Source: a virus (Duplodnaviria; Caudoviricetes). Taken from it: a stretch of DNA of 58,760 nt. A program made the translations under genes and the position numbers. The notes under the pieces are model-generated. The model searched no databases. It was not told where the DNA came from and worked only from the letters and a program-made list of their open reading frames with translations. The DNA lies in IMG/VR virus record IMGVR_UViG_3300025127_000039, positions 1-58,760 of that record; one strand, given 5' to 3'. Below, in pieces: positions 19,802-30,496 of this stretch; position 1 is the first letter of the stretch, and every line of letters begins with the position of its first letter.

Positions 19802-20730
19802 TGGCAAACGGATCAGTAACATATGAAAATATACAAAGATTACCGCCTTTTTTAGAGGGTCTGCAAAAAAGATTATTACAAACTGCATTTGGTGAGTTTG
19901 ATGGTGCAGATCAAACAACACCGGGCCTTTTAGATACTCCGTTAGGTTTGCCGGGCATACAGATTGCTGGTGCAGATCCCTTAACAACAAGGGCAACAGA
20001 GTTAGGCGAACAAATGGTTGGCACTGCCACGCCATTTATTGAGGGTGCAAGAGATCAGTCTTTAGCCGCACAACAAGCAATAACAAGTGGTTTGGGATTT
20101 CTACAACCAGACTCTATACAAAAATTTCAAAATCCTTTTCAAGATCAAGTTATTGATGTTGCGATGCGAGAGCTTGACAGACAAGCAGATATGCAGAGAG
20201 CAGGTGCTAGAGCACAAGCAATACAATCTGGAGCGTTTGGTGGATCAAGAGAGGCAGTAAGACAAGCAGAGGCAGACAGAGGACTACAACAAGTTAAAGC
20301 AGATACATTGTCTAAACTTTTATCAAGTGGCTTTGGACAAGCATTGAAAGCATCACAAGAAGCAGGAAGATTGTCTGGTGGTCTTGGACAAGCTTTTGGA
20401 ACTTTAGCTGGTCAAACAAGTGATGTTGGGCGTTTACAACAAGCTTTAGGTCAAGCAGACATATCACAATTAACACAATTGGGTGCGTTAAGGCAAAGAC
20501 AACAACAAGCAGAATTAGATGCTAACAGAGCAAATTTATTGCAACAATCACAAGAACCTTTTACTAGATTACAATTAGGACAAAATTTACTACAAGGTAT
20601 GCCTAGTGCAAGTATTCCATCAACATTTACACAAGCCACACAACCTGCTGCTAACCCATTTTTACAAGGAATAGGAGCCTATACAACATTAGCACAGATT
20701 GCACCTTCTGGTACAACTGCAAATAAATAG
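19801..20730 (+). CDS. Internal virion / ejection (pilot-like) protein
   Basis: 309 aa, Q/A/G-rich, GAFGGSR motif. Confidence 0.65.
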   Translation: MANGSVTYENIQRLPPFLEGLQKRLLQTAFGEFDGADQTTPGLLDTPLGLPGIQIAGADPLTTRATELGEQMVGTATPFIEGARDQSLAAQQAITSGLGFLQPDSIQKFQNPFQDQVIDVAMRELDRQADMQRAGARAQAIQSGAFGGSREAVRQAEADRGLQQVKADTLSKLLSSGFGQALKASQEAGRLSGGLGQAFGTLAGQTSDVGRLQQALGQADISQLTQLGALRQRQQQAELDANRANLLQQSQEPFTRLQLGQNLLQGMPSASIPSTFTQATQPAANPFLQGIGAYTTLAQIAPSGTTANK

Positions 20731-20739
20731 AGGTCAAAT

Positions 20740-22689
20740 ATGGCACCAAAACAACTTAGAAGAGGCTTAAATATTGGAGATACAGATGCTTTATTACAAG
20801 CTTTAGGTCGTCCAAAAACTTTTTCTGAAATCATGAAACAATATGATTTAGGGTTGCAAGGCAAAGGACCTTTAAAAGACAAATTCATTCCGCCAATAGG
20901 TCAAATTCAACCATCTGCTGGTGAAGGAAAAATCACATCACTATTCAGAAACTTAGGCAATGTTGGTTTAGGTGCTTTAGATCAAATTAGAGGTGGTGCA
21001 GGTATAATATCTGCTTTTACTGATCCAACTGGTAACATAATAGGTGATTATCTTAATCAAGAATCAGAAGCAGGCTTTCAACAAAGATTAAAAGAAAGAG
21101 ATAGGACAAAAGATCCAACTGGATCAGAGTTATTTCTGCCAGAAGGTCAAGAGCAAGCACGATTAAAAGGTAATGTTGGTGCAAAAAGCATGGCAGATGT
21201 ACCCGGAATGGATATATTCACACAAGCGGGTCAAGACGCACTGGGTGCATCGGCAGCTAAAGCAATACAAGAAACTTTAGGTAAAAATGTTGGAGATCCT
21301 AGTGCTTTTGGTGCAGGTGATTTCGCAGATACAGAAACAGTGCAAAAAGTACAAGAACAAGTTGACAAACAAAACATTGATACCTCTGCACCAGATAGTG
21401 ATATTGATTATACAGACTCAGTTGACGATGCAGATTTAGAAACTGCTACAGAAACTGGAATTGAAGGTGCTAATACTGCAGCTAAAAAAGCAACTGTTAA
21501 GGCTTTAGATGAGTTTTTAAAAGATGCGAGACCAGGTGTTAAACCTAAAACTTTTGATGAATATATTAATGAGTTTGGTGAGGCTACTGGTTTAGATATT
21601 TCTGGAGAGGCAGACACAAAACAAGCACTTATGTCTTTTGGTGCTGCCTTGATGCAAAATAGGGCAGGAAAAGGTTTTAACATTAGCAACATACTTAGTT
21701 CTGTTGGCGAGGCCACAGAGGCTGCAATGCCAGACTTTAGAAAGGCAGTTGCCGAGGCAAAAGCAATTAGAGCTAAAGCCGGTGCCTTTGCTTTAAGTAA
21801 ACGTGATGAAGATCAAAAGAAAGCAATGGATAGGCGTTCATATGTAGTTATTCCAAAAGCCGGAGGTTTAGCAAACAGCATACTGCAAAACACAGGAAGA
21901 TTTGCAAGACTTAACAGTTATGAACTCAACAGTCTTATGAATAGTGCAGATTTTAACGAACAATTTGAAGTAATAGATTCTGCTGTATATACGGACATGA
22001 CTAAATCTTTAATTACCGCACAAGGTAAGAACAAAACTTTCCTTGAAAAACCTAAAAGCACACCTTTATTTAGCGGTTCAGATATTAAAATTGACGTGTT
22101 TTATGCTAATCCAAATGTAGCAGATGCTGGCACAAAACCAAGATTAGCTAGTGATCCAAAAAATGCTTTGGCAGCAATACAAAAAATGGAAATAGGTTTA
22201 AAAAGAGGTGAAGATAAGTTTAAAGAAATAGCTAAATTATTACAAGTTACAGATATAACTGGACCAGACCAAATTAGGTCATTTGGAGTGCAACTAGCTA
22301 GATCATTTGGTTTAAAACTAGGTGATGGTCCAGATCCGGTAAAACAAATTAAAGTATTACTAACTGATTTGAAAGCTAGAAATGCAGCAGAAATATTGGG
22401 TGAAAGTGGTAAAACAATTTCAGATAATGATAGAAAATTAGTGGCTGATATTGTTGGAGACATTGACGTATTTGATGGTGATATTGATTTATTAAAAATA
22501 AAGTTAAGAAGACTTTATGATGCTGTTATAAACGCTAGAAGAGATGATATTAACGAGGCATATACTGTTCTAGGTAATGCAGGTGTACAAATAAATAGAG
22601 GTGGCACGGCAACTGGCGGCACCGCGTTTGAAAAAGTAGAAGATGAAGGTGGCGTTTTGTATAGAAGAATTAGACCACAGGCGACATAA
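20740..22689 (+). CDS. Internal virion / ejection protein
   Basis: 649 aa, helical, in the ejection-protein cluster. Confidence 0.6.
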   Translation: MAPKQLRRGLNIGDTDALLQALGRPKTFSEIMKQYDLGLQGKGPLKDKFIPPIGQIQPSAGEGKITSLFRNLGNVGLGALDQIRGGAGIISAFTDPTGNIIGDYLNQESEAGFQQRLKERDRTKDPTGSELFLPEGQEQARLKGNVGAKSMADVPGMDIFTQAGQDALGASAAKAIQETLGKNVGDPSAFGAGDFADTETVQKVQEQVDKQNIDTSAPDSDIDYTDSVDDADLETATETGIEGANTAAKKATVKALDEFLKDARPGVKPKTFDEYINEFGEATGLDISGEADTKQALMSFGAALMQNRAGKGFNISNILSSVGEATEAAMPDFRKAVAEAKAIRAKAGAFALSKRDEDQKKAMDRRSYVVIPKAGGLANSILQNTGRFARLNSYELNSLMNSADFNEQFEVIDSAVYTDMTKSLITAQGKNKTFLEKPKSTPLFSGSDIKIDVFYANPNVADAGTKPRLASDPKNALAAIQKMEIGLKRGEDKFKEIAKLLQVTDITGPDQIRSFGVQLARSFGLKLGDGPDPVKQIKVLLTDLKARNAAEILGESGKTISDNDRKLVADIVGDIDVFDGDIDLLKIKLRRLYDAVINARRDDINEAYTVLGNAGVQINRGGTATGGTAFEKVEDEGGVLYRRIRPQAT

Positions 22690-25600
22690 TGGGTATAATT
22701 AGAGTAGAAACACCTCAAGGTATAATTAGGGTTGAAATTGAGGGTAATGAGCCGACTCAAGAAGAGTTAGCAGCTATAGATCAACAATTCTCCCCTCAAC
22801 AAAAATCAAGAAGTTTTGATGATTTATTAGAAGAGGCTAAGAAAACTACTCCCACTGTGCAAGGTCAACCAACACAAGCGAACTTTAATACAGAAAGTGG
22901 CATACAAGATGCTGGTCTAAGGTCGGCATTATCTTTAGCAGAAAATAAGGCAGAAGAAGAGGCTATACTTTCCAAACAAGGATTTTCAACAGAAGATTAT
23001 ATAAGAGATAATAGAGGTAGATTAGCATTAACACCAAGTGGTGCGGCTAAAGTTGGTGTGCAAACAGATAAAAATGTTCTTATTGATGAAGAAGGATTTA
23101 GTAGGAATGATTTATCTGATTTAGCCGGTATATTGCCAGAGTTAGCAGGTGGTGTTACTGGTGCAATCAAAGGTGCAACAATTGGAACTGGATTTGCACC
23201 GGGGTTTGGAACATTATTAGGTGGTGCAATAGGTGCCTTTGTTGGTGGTGGTGGTGGATCTCTTGCAGAGGAAGCTATAGAAGGAATTGCAGGAGTTTCA
23301 AAACAAACCGCAGGTGACATAGCTACAGATGCGGCAATAGAAGGTGGTATAGCTGCCGCTGGTGAACTGTTGTTTGGCATACCAATATTAGCTTACCGAG
23401 CCGTAGCTCCATCTGGCAGAAAGTTTATACAAGAGGCAAGTAAAGAAGATTTAAGAATTACTGCAAAAGGTATTGAGAAAGGACTTGAACCTACAATAGC
23501 ACAGATAAAAGGCAGACCTATTGCAGCTAAGTTTCAACAATTACAAGAGAGTGTTCTTGGTGGATCTCCAAGAACACAAAGAATTGCAGAAGCTATGGAA
23601 AAAGAAGTTGGAGAACTTAATAAGTTTGTATCACAAGCCGCTACAGAGGGTAGTGAAAAGTCTGCTGGTGATTTGTTTTTAGAGTTTGAAAAAAAGTTTG
23701 GTAAAGAGTTAGCACAAAAACAAACCAAGGCGTATGGCTCTATAATGAACGCACTAAAAGAATCTGCTGATAATTTAGCAGGTGGATTAGAACGTAATCA
23801 ATTAATAGATGATAATATATTTAACTTTGTACAACAATCTGCAAAGAATTTTGAAGATACAATGTCACAACAATGGGCAACAATAAATGAAGTTATTGAA
23901 ACTGCTATTGGTGATACAAGAATACTACCAACTTCAACAATAAAAGAAGTAGCAGATTTAGCTGAAAAGAAATTTGCACAAGCAGGAACTGGTGATTTAG
24001 CTACGGCAGAGGGTCAACTAGGACTTAAATTAGCCGCAGATTTAAGAGCGTTAGGTGATAAATCATCTTTCACCGACGCATATCAATTAAGAAGAAAGCT
24101 TTGGGATTTAAAGAACGCACCTAAAACTGCTCAAGAAGTTGAACAAAAAGCTATAATTGATGGTTCTGTAAATTTAACTCAAGTTTGGGATGATGCAATA
24201 AACAAAGTTGATCGTCTGTTAGATAGCTCAAACATTGATTCTTTAACAAAAGAAATCACAGATCAGTTAGGTTCTGAAGCATTTAAGAAAATGCAAGTTG
24301 CTTCAAGTCTATTACCAAAAGCAAGAAAACAATTTAGAGAAGGCACTGCTCTATATAATGACATATCAAGAACTTTAGGATCTAAAGAACTTGTAGAACA
24401 AATGCGTAGTGGTGCGTTTAATATTAACAGACCGGGAGCGTTAACTGGTTTAACACAAAGAGTTTTAGGTACTGGTGGCAAACCCACAGGTTTAAATAGA
24501 TTAAAAAAAGCATTAGATGATACTCAATACAATCAAATTAAAACACAAATGGGTAAAGAGTGGTTACAAGGTGCTTTAAATAAAACTGGCTTTGATTCCA
24601 TTAAACCTACAAATTTTAAACCTAATGAGTTTATCAAAGCCTTAGATGATTTAGGTGACACTGGCGTAGAGTTATATGGCAGACAAAGATACAATCAATT
24701 AAAAACATTTGCTAAACAGTTTGAAGATTTAAAACTTACAAACATAGATTCAGATACAGTAAGCACATTAGTTAAACAAGGTTTAGACGCAGATGGCAAT
24801 GTTGCAACCGCACTTAGAAATTCAATAGAGCAACTACAAGAAACATCAAGACTTAGAACAAATAGTGTTTTTGCAAAAATCAGAAACAACAACTTAGATC
24901 CGGAAGAAGCATTAGATTTGGTTATGTCACCAGGTGCAACTCGTGGAGATTTAAAAGCAGTTATGAACTTTTATAAAGACAAGCCTGCTGAATTAAAGAC
25001 TATTAGAGGTGCATATGTTGAAAATATGCTTGATAACATTGGTGCAGTAACGAATGCAGATGGTATGAAGCAACTTGCTAAAAATATTAGAAGAGCAGAC
25101 AAAAGCAACAAATTAGATATTGTATTTCCAAACGCTGGCGATACGAAAGAAATTGCAGGTAACATAAGAGATTTTGGTAAAATACTAGAAAGAATATCGG
25201 CTAACATACCAAAAGGTGATTTAGTAGCTGCAGGTATTTTAGCTAATGTATTTAATAATGTTGGAAGAATTGCTAAAATGTTTGTTCTTGGTCAGTTGTT
25301 TACAGGTAAAAAGGCTATGAAAGAAATAGTAGAAGCATCAAAAAAGTTAGATGGCATACAAAGTCCAACTGTTGCAGATCAAAGGGCATTTTTGGAATCA
25401 GTATCTAATGCGTTTAGACCAGGGCAAGTAATAACACAATCTGTTGAAGAAAATGTAAGTGAAGCATCAGATCAAATACAATCAGTTGCAGAAAACACTG
25501 GTATTAATCAAGCAGTAAGAAATGTTGGTGCTAACACAATCAATCAATTACAAGGTATTCAAGCAGTCAATCCAAATACAAATGTTGGAAAAATAGATGT

Positions 25601-25721
25601 TACAAGTCCAGGCACTGGTGCGGCACTTGGTTTATCTCCTATAGATCAAGCCATAGCAGCTAGAAGAGGATCACCATTGACTGTACCAAAAGAACAATAT
25701 GGGAGTTTATTTAATCAATGA
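22689..25721 (+). CDS. Large internal virion / ejection protein
   Basis: 1010 aa, Gly-zipper hydrophobic segment then a long helical region; last gene of the cluster. Confidence 0.65.
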   Translation: MGIIRVETPQGIIRVEIEGNEPTQEELAAIDQQFSPQQKSRSFDDLLEEAKKTTPTVQGQPTQANFNTESGIQDAGLRSALSLAENKAEEEAILSKQGFSTEDYIRDNRGRLALTPSGAAKVGVQTDKNVLIDEEGFSRNDLSDLAGILPELAGGVTGAIKGATIGTGFAPGFGTLLGGAIGAFVGGGGGSLAEEAIEGIAGVSKQTAGDIATDAAIEGGIAAAGELLFGIPILAYRAVAPSGRKFIQEASKEDLRITAKGIEKGLEPTIAQIKGRPIAAKFQQLQESVLGGSPRTQRIAEAMEKEVGELNKFVSQAATEGSEKSAGDLFLEFEKKFGKELAQKQTKAYGSIMNALKESADNLAGGLERNQLIDDNIFNFVQQSAKNFEDTMSQQWATINEVIETAIGDTRILPTSTIKEVADLAEKKFAQAGTGDLATAEGQLGLKLAADLRALGDKSSFTDAYQLRRKLWDLKNAPKTAQEVEQKAIIDGSVNLTQVWDDAINKVDRLLDSSNIDSLTKEITDQLGSEAFKKMQVASSLLPKARKQFREGTALYNDISRTLGSKELVEQMRSGAFNINRPGALTGLTQRVLGTGGKPTGLNRLKKALDDTQYNQIKTQMGKEWLQGALNKTGFDSIKPTNFKPNEFIKALDDLGDTGVELYGRQRYNQLKTFAKQFEDLKLTNIDSDTVSTLVKQGLDADGNVATALRNSIEQLQETSRLRTNSVFAKIRNNNLDPEEALDLVMSPGATRGDLKAVMNFYKDKPAELKTIRGAYVENMLDNIGAVTNADGMKQLAKNIRRADKSNKLDIVFPNAGDTKEIAGNIRDFGKILERISANIPKGDLVAAGILANVFNNVGRIAKMFVLGQLFTGKKAMKEIVEASKKLDGIQSPTVADQRAFLESVSNAFRPGQVITQSVEENVSEASDQIQSVAENTGINQAVRNVGANTINQLQGIQAVNPNTNVGKIDVTSPGTGAALGLSPIDQAIAARRGSPLTVPKEQYGSLFNQ

Positions 25722-26167
25722 ACATAGAAGAGTTAAGAGAAGAAATTGCGAGAGACGAGGGCAGGGTGAATTCTGTGTATTTAGATCATTTGTCGCTGAA
25801 AACTGTTGGGATTGGGCATTTGGTCAATGAATGGGATGAAGAATATGATAAGCCAGTTGGCACACCAGTATCAGAAGAGCGTGTTAATGAGTTGTTTGAT
25901 AAGGATATAAAAGTAACAATATCAGAGTGCAAAGAATTATTTGACAACTTTGATGAGCTACCGGAAGAAGTACAAAAAATCTGTGCAAACATGATGTTCA
26001 ATATGGGTAGACCAAGATTAAGTGGATTCAAGAAATTTCGTGCAGCTATAGCGAACAACGATTGGGAAGAATGTGCAATTCAAATGGAAGACAGTCGTTG
26101 GCATAAACAGGTCACTAAAAGAGCGAATCGCCTAATTTCAAGAATGAGAGCGGTCGAGGGTACCTAG
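25718..26167 (+). CDS. Lysozyme (GH24, T4-like)
   Basis: DEG...YLDH...TVGIGHL catalytic E-x8-D-x5-T pattern; NMMFNMG; DSRWHKQV..RA.R. Confidence 0.9.
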   Translation: MNIEELREEIARDEGRVNSVYLDHLSLKTVGIGHLVNEWDEEYDKPVGTPVSEERVNELFDKDIKVTISECKELFDNFDELPEEVQKICANMMFNMGRPRLSGFKKFRAAIANNDWEECAIQMEDSRWHKQVTKRANRLISRMRAVEGT

Positions 26168-26335
26168 TCCTAACGTCTTGACGTTACTATTTAAATCTTG
26201 TTTTTCATATTCTATATCAACCATTAGTCCTATTTGCTGACGTATGTTTCTACGTTCTTTATCACATATAATTTTTAATTTATTGTAAGTTGATAGGTCT
26301 ATTCCTATTGACTTGAACTTTGATGTATCTGCCAT
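26138..26335 (-). CDS. Ribbon-helix-helix-like transcriptional regulator
   Basis: 65 aa, FKSIGID strand plus two helices; GGAGG SD on the minus strand; only convincing minus-strand gene. Confidence 0.65.
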   Translation of the reverse strand: MADTSKFKSIGIDLSTYNKLKIICDKERRNIRQQIGLMVDIEYEKQDLNSNVKTLGLGTLDRSHS

Positions 26336-26347
26336 TATACTACCTCC

Positions 26348-26722
26348 ATGACTTATAAATACCCAATTATACCCAATAAAACCCGAAGACCAAACAAATA
26401 TTTTGCAAAAAAAACTTTATTTATGGGTTTTAAATTTGATAGCAAATGGGAAGCAGAGCGTTGGGGTCAATTAAAATCAATGGAAAAAGCCGGTGTGGTA
26501 ACTCAACTAGAAAGACAAGTTCGTTATGATTTGACTGTAAATGATGTTAAAATTTGTGATTACATAGCAGACTTTAGATATTTATTAGAAGAAGAAAATG
26601 GATTGTCTAAATTGATTGTTGAAGATGCAAAAGGTGTTTTAACATCAGAGTTTAAGCTTAAAAAAAAGCTAATGAAAGCCGTGCATAACATAGATATTTA
26701 TCTTTCTTTTAAAAAAAAATAA
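26348..26722 (+). CDS. DUF1064-like PD-(D/E)XK endonuclease
   Basis: NKY.AKK, FDSKWEA, LERQVRY, YIADFRY, VEDAKG motifs. Confidence 0.8.
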   Translation: MTYKYPIIPNKTRRPNKYFAKKTLFMGFKFDSKWEAERWGQLKSMEKAGVVTQLERQVRYDLTVNDVKICDYIADFRYLLEEENGLSKLIVEDAKGVLTSEFKLKKKLMKAVHNIDIYLSFKKK

Positions 26723-26731
26723 CAAAAGCTA

Positions 26732-26760
26732 TTGACTTATAGGATATGTATGCCTACTTT
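26732..26760 (+). promoter_or_regulatory. Sigma70-type promoter with TAGG-N9-CCTA operator
   Basis: TTGACT-17-TACTTT; TAGG atatgtatg CCTA at 26740-26756. Confidence 0.7.
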
Positions 26761-26802
26761 ATAGGTATCTAGTGTCTATTTATTATTGAGAAAGGATTAT
26801 TT

Positions 26803-27237
26803 ATGGATTTAGATTTTTTAAATATGCCTTTGCATGATGTTTTTAAGTATCGTGAAGAACTTAAACAACAAATTCAAGTGTTAAAGGACAAGCAAAGCGT
26901 TCTTAATGATGATCTTGCAATAAGGTTTGGTAACAGTGCAAGAAACAAATTGAACGAAGATGGTAAAGATTATGGAACTGTTACACTTAATGAGCAGGGA
27001 TATAAAGTAAAAGTTACCATGCGACAAAAAGTAACTTGGGATCAAGAGGGTCTTGCTACTGCTTTGATGAATATGGATCAAGAAGATGCAAGACATTATG
27101 CTAGAATTACTTACGCTATTGATGAGCGTAAATATAACAACGCACCTCCTGGTATTAAGAGTAAACTACAAGACCACAGAACAGTAGAGCTTACTGGTAC
27201 AACTGTGGATATTACGGAGGATAATAATGGCTCTTAA
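26803..27237 (+). CDS. Hypothetical protein of the recombination module
   Basis: 144 aa, AAAGGA SD, KVTWDQ motif. Confidence 0.7.
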   Translation: MDLDFLNMPLHDVFKYREELKQQIQVLKDKQSVLNDDLAIRFGNSARNKLNEDGKDYGTVTLNEQGYKVKVTMRQKVTWDQEGLATALMNMDQEDARHYARITYAIDERKYNNAPPGIKSKLQDHRTVELTGTTVDITEDNNGS

Positions 27238-28093
27238 AATTATATCAGCTGATGAAAGATTAGCAGAAAAAAGAGGTCATAAAATTGTAGTCTGTGGTCA
27301 AAGTGGTGTGGGCAAGACAACTCTTGCCCGTACTCTTGATCCTGATACTACTTTATTTATGGATTTAGAGGCTGGCGATGCTGCTATTGAGAGATGGCCA
27401 ATTGATGTTATTCGTCCACAGACTTGGGAAGAGTGCAGAGATTTTGCTTGTTTTCTTGGTGGGCCTAACCCAGCCTTATCACCGGAACAACCATATAGTG
27501 TTGTGGAGTATGAAAAAGTTTCACAGATGTATGGTGATGCGTTTACTATCTTGAAGAAATATGATTCTATTTTTGTTGATAGTATAACAGTTGCCGGTAG
27601 ACTTTGTTTTCAATATTGCTATGGACACCCTGACAACAAATCAGACAGAACTGGCAAGATTGATACAAGAGCAGTATATGGTATGCAAGGTCGTGAGATG
27701 ATGGCTTGGCTTACTCACTTACAACACATCAGAGATAAAAATGTTATTTTTGTTGGTATTCTTGATGAAAAGGTAGATGAGTATGGTAGAACTATGTACG
27801 AGCTACAAATTGAAGGTTCTAAAACTGGTCGTGAACTTCCCGGTATCGTTGACGAAGTAATAACTATGGCAGTCATGCCTAGTGAAGAACATGGCCCATA
27901 CAGAGCCTTTGTATGTCAAACACTTAACCAATGGGGTTATCCAGCCAAAGATAGATCTGGTCAACTTGAAGTTGTGGAAGAGCCACATCTTGGTAAGCTT
28001 TTGACAAAAATAAGTGGTAGATCAACAGACAAAGGGGACTTAAACTTTGTTGATCCTAATACAATCAAATCTAGCGATAAGGAGACTAAGTAA
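27227..28093 (+). CDS. AAA_24 / Sak4-like P-loop ATPase
   Basis: GQSGVGKT Walker A, DLEAG, VDSIT Walker B, AKDRSG. Confidence 0.85.
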   Translation: MALKIISADERLAEKRGHKIVVCGQSGVGKTTLARTLDPDTTLFMDLEAGDAAIERWPIDVIRPQTWEECRDFACFLGGPNPALSPEQPYSVVEYEKVSQMYGDAFTILKKYDSIFVDSITVAGRLCFQYCYGHPDNKSDRTGKIDTRAVYGMQGREMMAWLTHLQHIRDKNVIFVGILDEKVDEYGRTMYELQIEGSKTGRELPGIVDEVITMAVMPSEEHGPYRAFVCQTLNQWGYPAKDRSGQLEVVEEPHLGKLLTKISGRSTDKGDLNFVDPNTIKSSDKETK

Positions 28094-28710
28094 TGATTGA
28101 TTTTAATGATGTTCCAAATGACTCTAACAAAGAGTTTGAGTTAATTCCTGCAGGCACTGTTGCAAGGGCAATTCTAACGATGAAAAGAGGTGGTGAAGTT
28201 ATATCAGACTATTCTTCACAACCCATGTTTAAGGTTGGTGCAAGTGGTGCTAAATACCTTGAATGTGAATTTACGATTGTTGGTGGTAAGTACGACAAAC
28301 GTAAGTTTTGGCAAAATATCATGTGTGATGGTGGTAAGATTAATCCTGAAAGTGGCATGCCTTGGTGTAAAGAAATAGGCATAAGAACTTTTAGAGATAT
28401 TATCAATAGTGCATTTGGTCTTGATCCAAACGACACATCACCTGAAGCAGCTAGTAGGAGAAAGGTTAATGATCTTACTGCTTTAGATGGTGCAGAGTTT
28501 TGTGTAAAGATTGCAATTGAAAAAGGCACTAATGGTTATGCTGATAAGAATAAAATGTTAGTTGCATTAGCTTTAAATAGTAATGAGTACATTGGTTCTT
28601 CAAATCAAGCACCAGTGCAACCTCAAGTGCAACAACCAGTGCAACAAGCTCAAACTACGAATCCAACGCCAAATGCCGGTGGTATTCCTCCTTGGGCACA
28701 AAATAAGTAA
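28093..28710 (+). CDS. Single-stranded DNA-binding protein (DUF669-like)
   Basis: IPAG...YLECEFTIV.G.Y..RKFW OB-fold pattern, Q/P-rich tail ending PPWAQNK; follows the Sak4-like ATPase. Confidence 0.7.
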   Translation: MIDFNDVPNDSNKEFELIPAGTVARAILTMKRGGEVISDYSSQPMFKVGASGAKYLECEFTIVGGKYDKRKFWQNIMCDGGKINPESGMPWCKEIGIRTFRDIINSAFGLDPNDTSPEAASRRKVNDLTALDGAEFCVKIAIEKGTNGYADKNKMLVALALNSNEYIGSSNQAPVQPQVQQPVQQAQTTNPTPNAGGIPPWAQNK

Positions 28711-28810
28711 TTTACTAGGTTTCTAGCGGCAGGACTGCTTTCTCGTCTGCTAGAGTCGGTTTGGGTAGCACCGATGCCGCAAAGCTACCCAACATTTTAG
28801 GAACACAAAC

Positions 28811-30496
28811 ATGATTTTAAGACCATACCAAGAAATAGCAGTAGACGATGCTTCAACTGCTTTAGACAAACACAAGAATACAATTGTGGTTGCACCCACT
28901 GGTGCAGGCAAAACTATTATGTTGTCTGCGTTGGTTGGCAAGAGATACAAAGTAGGAAACAAAGTTCTTATTCTGCAACACAGAGATGAGTTAGTAAGAC
29001 AGAATAGAACAAAGTTTTCTAAGGTAAATCCCAACATTACAACTAGCATTGTTGATGGGTCAGAAAAAGATTGGACTGGTAGCACTATCTTTAGCATGGT
29101 GCAAACATTATCAAGAGAGAATAATTTAAATAACATAAATCACTTTGATTTAGTTGTGGTTGATGAAAGCCATCACGCAGTAGCAGATACTTATATGCGT
29201 ATCATTGATAAAGTTAGACAAGCAAACGATTCCGTGGAGATTGTTGGTTTTACAGCAACACCTAATCGTGGCGATAGAAAAGGCTTGAGAAAAGTATTCA
29301 CTAACTGCTCACATCAGATTGAGATTAGCACATTAATCAGAGAGGGTTTTCTTGTGCCACCAAAAACATTTGTTGTTGATGTTGGTGTGCAGAAAGATTT
29401 GGAGAATGTCCGTAAGACTGTAACTGACTTTGATATGTCAGAAGTCGAAAAGATCATGAACAAGAGAGCAATTAATGAAAAGATTGTTAATGAATGGCAA
29501 GACAAAGCCGGTGAAAGAAAAACAGTAATATTTTGTAGCACAGTTAATCATGCACAAGATGTTTGTGATGAGTTTAGACGTAAAAATATTAGAACAGAAA
29601 TTGTTACTGGTGATACACCAAGCGAACAGAGAAAACAAATTTTACATGATTTAGAACATGGCGATGTCCAGGTTGTGGTTAATGTTGCAGTATTAACAGA
29701 GGGTTTTGACGCACCACCTATTAGTTGCATTGTGCTCACTAGACCATGTTCATACAAATCAACGATGGTACAGATGATTGGGCGTGGTCTTAGGACAGTT
29801 AATCAAGAAGAACACCCTGGTTTAATTAAAAAAGATTGTATTGTTTTAGACTTTGGCACAAGTGTTCTTACTCATGGTTCATTGGATGAAGGCGTTGATC
29901 TTGATGGAGCTCAAGCGAACACCTCCGGTGCCACACCACTGAAAGTATGTCCTGAATGTCAGTCTGAAATACCATTGTCATCAAGAGAGTGTCCTATCTG
30001 TGGTCATGAATTTGGCACACAAGACAAAGAAATTCTTGAAGAATTTACTATGACAGAAGTTGACTTGATTGACAGATCACCATTTAGATGGCTTGATTTG
30101 TTTGAAAACAAAAGGTGTATGATGGCAAGTGGATTTAATGGCTTTGGTTTAGTGGCACACTTAGATGACCTATCTGTCGCCATTGTAAAGCGTAACAAAG
30201 GGCGTTTAAGGATTGTTAGTGTAGGAACAAAGGAACAAGCTATTGCGTCTGCTGATGACTTTCTAAGAGGCATAGAAGATAGCGATGGTGCAAGAAAAGG
30301 TAAAAGATGGCTTAATCAAGGCGTTACAGTAAAACAAAAAAATGCTTTAGCCATGTTAGGTCGTTTTATTAGACCAATGGATTTTAGTTGGAATAAATAC
30401 AAAGCGGCTTGTTGGTTAAATTATTTGTGGAATAAAAAGGAAATTGATGCAAAAGTTTTAAATTATTACGAAGGAGGTAATAGTGCAGCGAAGTGA
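28811..30496 (+). CDS. SF2 DEXH helicase with zinc finger (RadD/YejH-like)
   Basis: LRPYQ, PTGAGKT, DESHH, TATP, LTEGFD, QMIGRGLR, CPEC..CPICG. Confidence 0.92.
   Translation: MILRPYQEIAVDDASTALDKHKNTIVVAPTGAGKTIMLSALVGKRYKVGNKVLILQHRDELVRQNRTKFSKVNPNITTSIVDGSEKDWTGSTIFSMVQTLSRENNLNNINHFDLVVVDESHHAVADTYMRIIDKVRQANDSVEIVGFTATPNRGDRKGLRKVFTNCSHQIEISTLIREGFLVPPKTFVVDVGVQKDLENVRKTVTDFDMSEVEKIMNKRAINEKIVNEWQDKAGERKTVIFCSTVNHAQDVCDEFRRKNIRTEIVTGDTPSEQRKQILHDLEHGDVQVVVNVAVLTEGFDAPPISCIVLTRPCSYKSTMVQMIGRGLRTVNQEEHPGLIKKDCIVLDFGTSVLTHGSLDEGVDLDGAQANTSGATPLKVCPECQSEIPLSSRECPICGHEFGTQDKEILEEFTMTEVDLIDRSPFRWLDLFENKRCMMASGFNGFGLVAHLDDLSVAIVKRNKGRLRIVSVGTKEQAIASADDFLRGIEDSDGARKGKRWLNQGVTVKQKNALAMLGRFIRPMDFSWNKYKAACWLNYLWNKKEIDAKVLNYYEGGNSAAK

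Noticed and set aside
119-25207. Numerous minus-strand ORFs opposite structural genes
   Set aside because: Antisense shadows of strongly biased codon usage, with no SD or recognisable motifs
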